Below are positions 63,110 through 64,000 of a DNA stretch of 64,000 bases, piece after piece. Source of the stretch: Albugo candida (taxonomy: Eukaryota); the NCBI GenBank assembly GCA_040437565.1, contig JBDOQK010000021.1, forward strand, positions 248,001-312,000. The letters run 5' to 3'. The stretch's first letter is position 1; the number at the start of each line of letters is the position of its first letter. Under the pieces are notes generated by a model. The model worked only from the letters and a program-made list of their open reading frames with translations. It did not search any database and had not been told where the DNA came from. Both the position numbers and the translations under genes were made by a program.

Positions 63110-64000
63110 AGCTTGCAAGCTTCTGCTAGTCGCCGAGTAAAGTGCTTGTTTCATTACCTCGTTAGGTAATTCTTCTTTTGAGAAAAGTGACTAATAATGC
63201 GGTTCTCTTTCACTTCTACACGATAGTATGGCGTTGACTGGATTTGAGCTGACACAACAACTACAAATCCAGGTTTTGACACTCCATCGAGTATTTTCGC
63301 AGCAGACTTCATTGTCATCATCGAACCAGTCGAATCAAAATGGCAATGATTGAATGCGACTGAAATGCATGCACTTGAAGAATAAACTGGTCAGGAACAT
63401 CCATCTCTCATTTGATCGATCGAGCCTCAAGTCGGCTCAGGAATGAAGTATTTTGTCGACGGGCATATGAGGGAAGGGAGAGAGGACTTTCAAGAGCGTC
63501 TAGGAATTAGATTGTAGGATACCAATAAACGCTTCGGAAGGCTTTGTACGAAGCTTAATTGGTTACAACAAGATCTCGCGAGACCCGTGTCCATGACATT
63601 TCGCGTAAGCTTCCTTTCAGACGTACTGAATGACGGAGTGGCTTCGAATTACGTTGAATTACAGTCAAGGAACCTTCAAACAACATGATACTGAAGCCGG
63701 GAGGTTTTGTAAGCGGTTAAGACAGCGACTACGGTCAGCAATCAACATTCAACAAAGCGATTTAGCAAGTGTGCTTTTATGTACACCCTCAAAGAATAAC
63801 CCGCCGACATTGTTTGAAATCCGACACTGCACTCAGAATAGTAGAACGAACGCTGGAAGTTTCGCTACATCTGAATTACTCGGAGAAACTCATGAGGTTT
63901 TACTCTTCGTATCATATTTCACAGAAACATTGAGGTAATAAATGGCGGGAGGACCAGAATCTGTATTGATTCAGTGAGCTGCCTCTCGTGATAGTCGCAT
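63110..64000 (+). pseudogene. Divergent partner gene relic, type 2 (paired with the 62869 gene), runs off the window
   Basis: SRTNAGSFATSELLGETHEVLLFVS matches 9834-9940; the 5' part matches 58060-58400. Confidence 0.55.

Overview
Eukaryotic, gene-sparse, repeat-rich region, most likely from an oomycete (Albugo-like by inference from the transposon families and a 50-nt GT-AG intron). It is a draft assembly with many 100-N gaps, several flanked by exact duplications. Mobile DNA: a minus-strand chromodomain Ty3/Gypsy relic with an antisense ORF (1-3850); a complete Tc1/mariner-IS630-type DNA transposon with 26-bp TIRs and TA TSD (11955-14474); a Gypsy LTR element with both LTRs and a CTGAG TSD (16039-20549); an L1/Tx1-like LINE (28340-34020); a Copia relic (37060-40835); and smaller fragments. 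Host-like content is dominated by a family of small secreted Cys-patterned proteins without RxLR or CxxC motifs. Three copies are intact (11121-11612, 34693-35148, 62384-62869) and about six are damaged. Their mature sequences are highly diverged while promoter, 5' UTR, signal peptide and 3' UTR are conserved. Most sit head-to-head with a larger decayed partner gene across a shared promoter carrying a TGACGTAA + CAGCTG motif. Also present: a decayed Fanzor1 (eukaryotic TnpB-like RNA-guided nuclease) gene at about 25012-26618, lying divergent to an XRCC4-like pseudogene, and a 3' fragment of a UreH/NiCoT-like transporter gene. All family assignments are by-eye motif recognition, not database searches.
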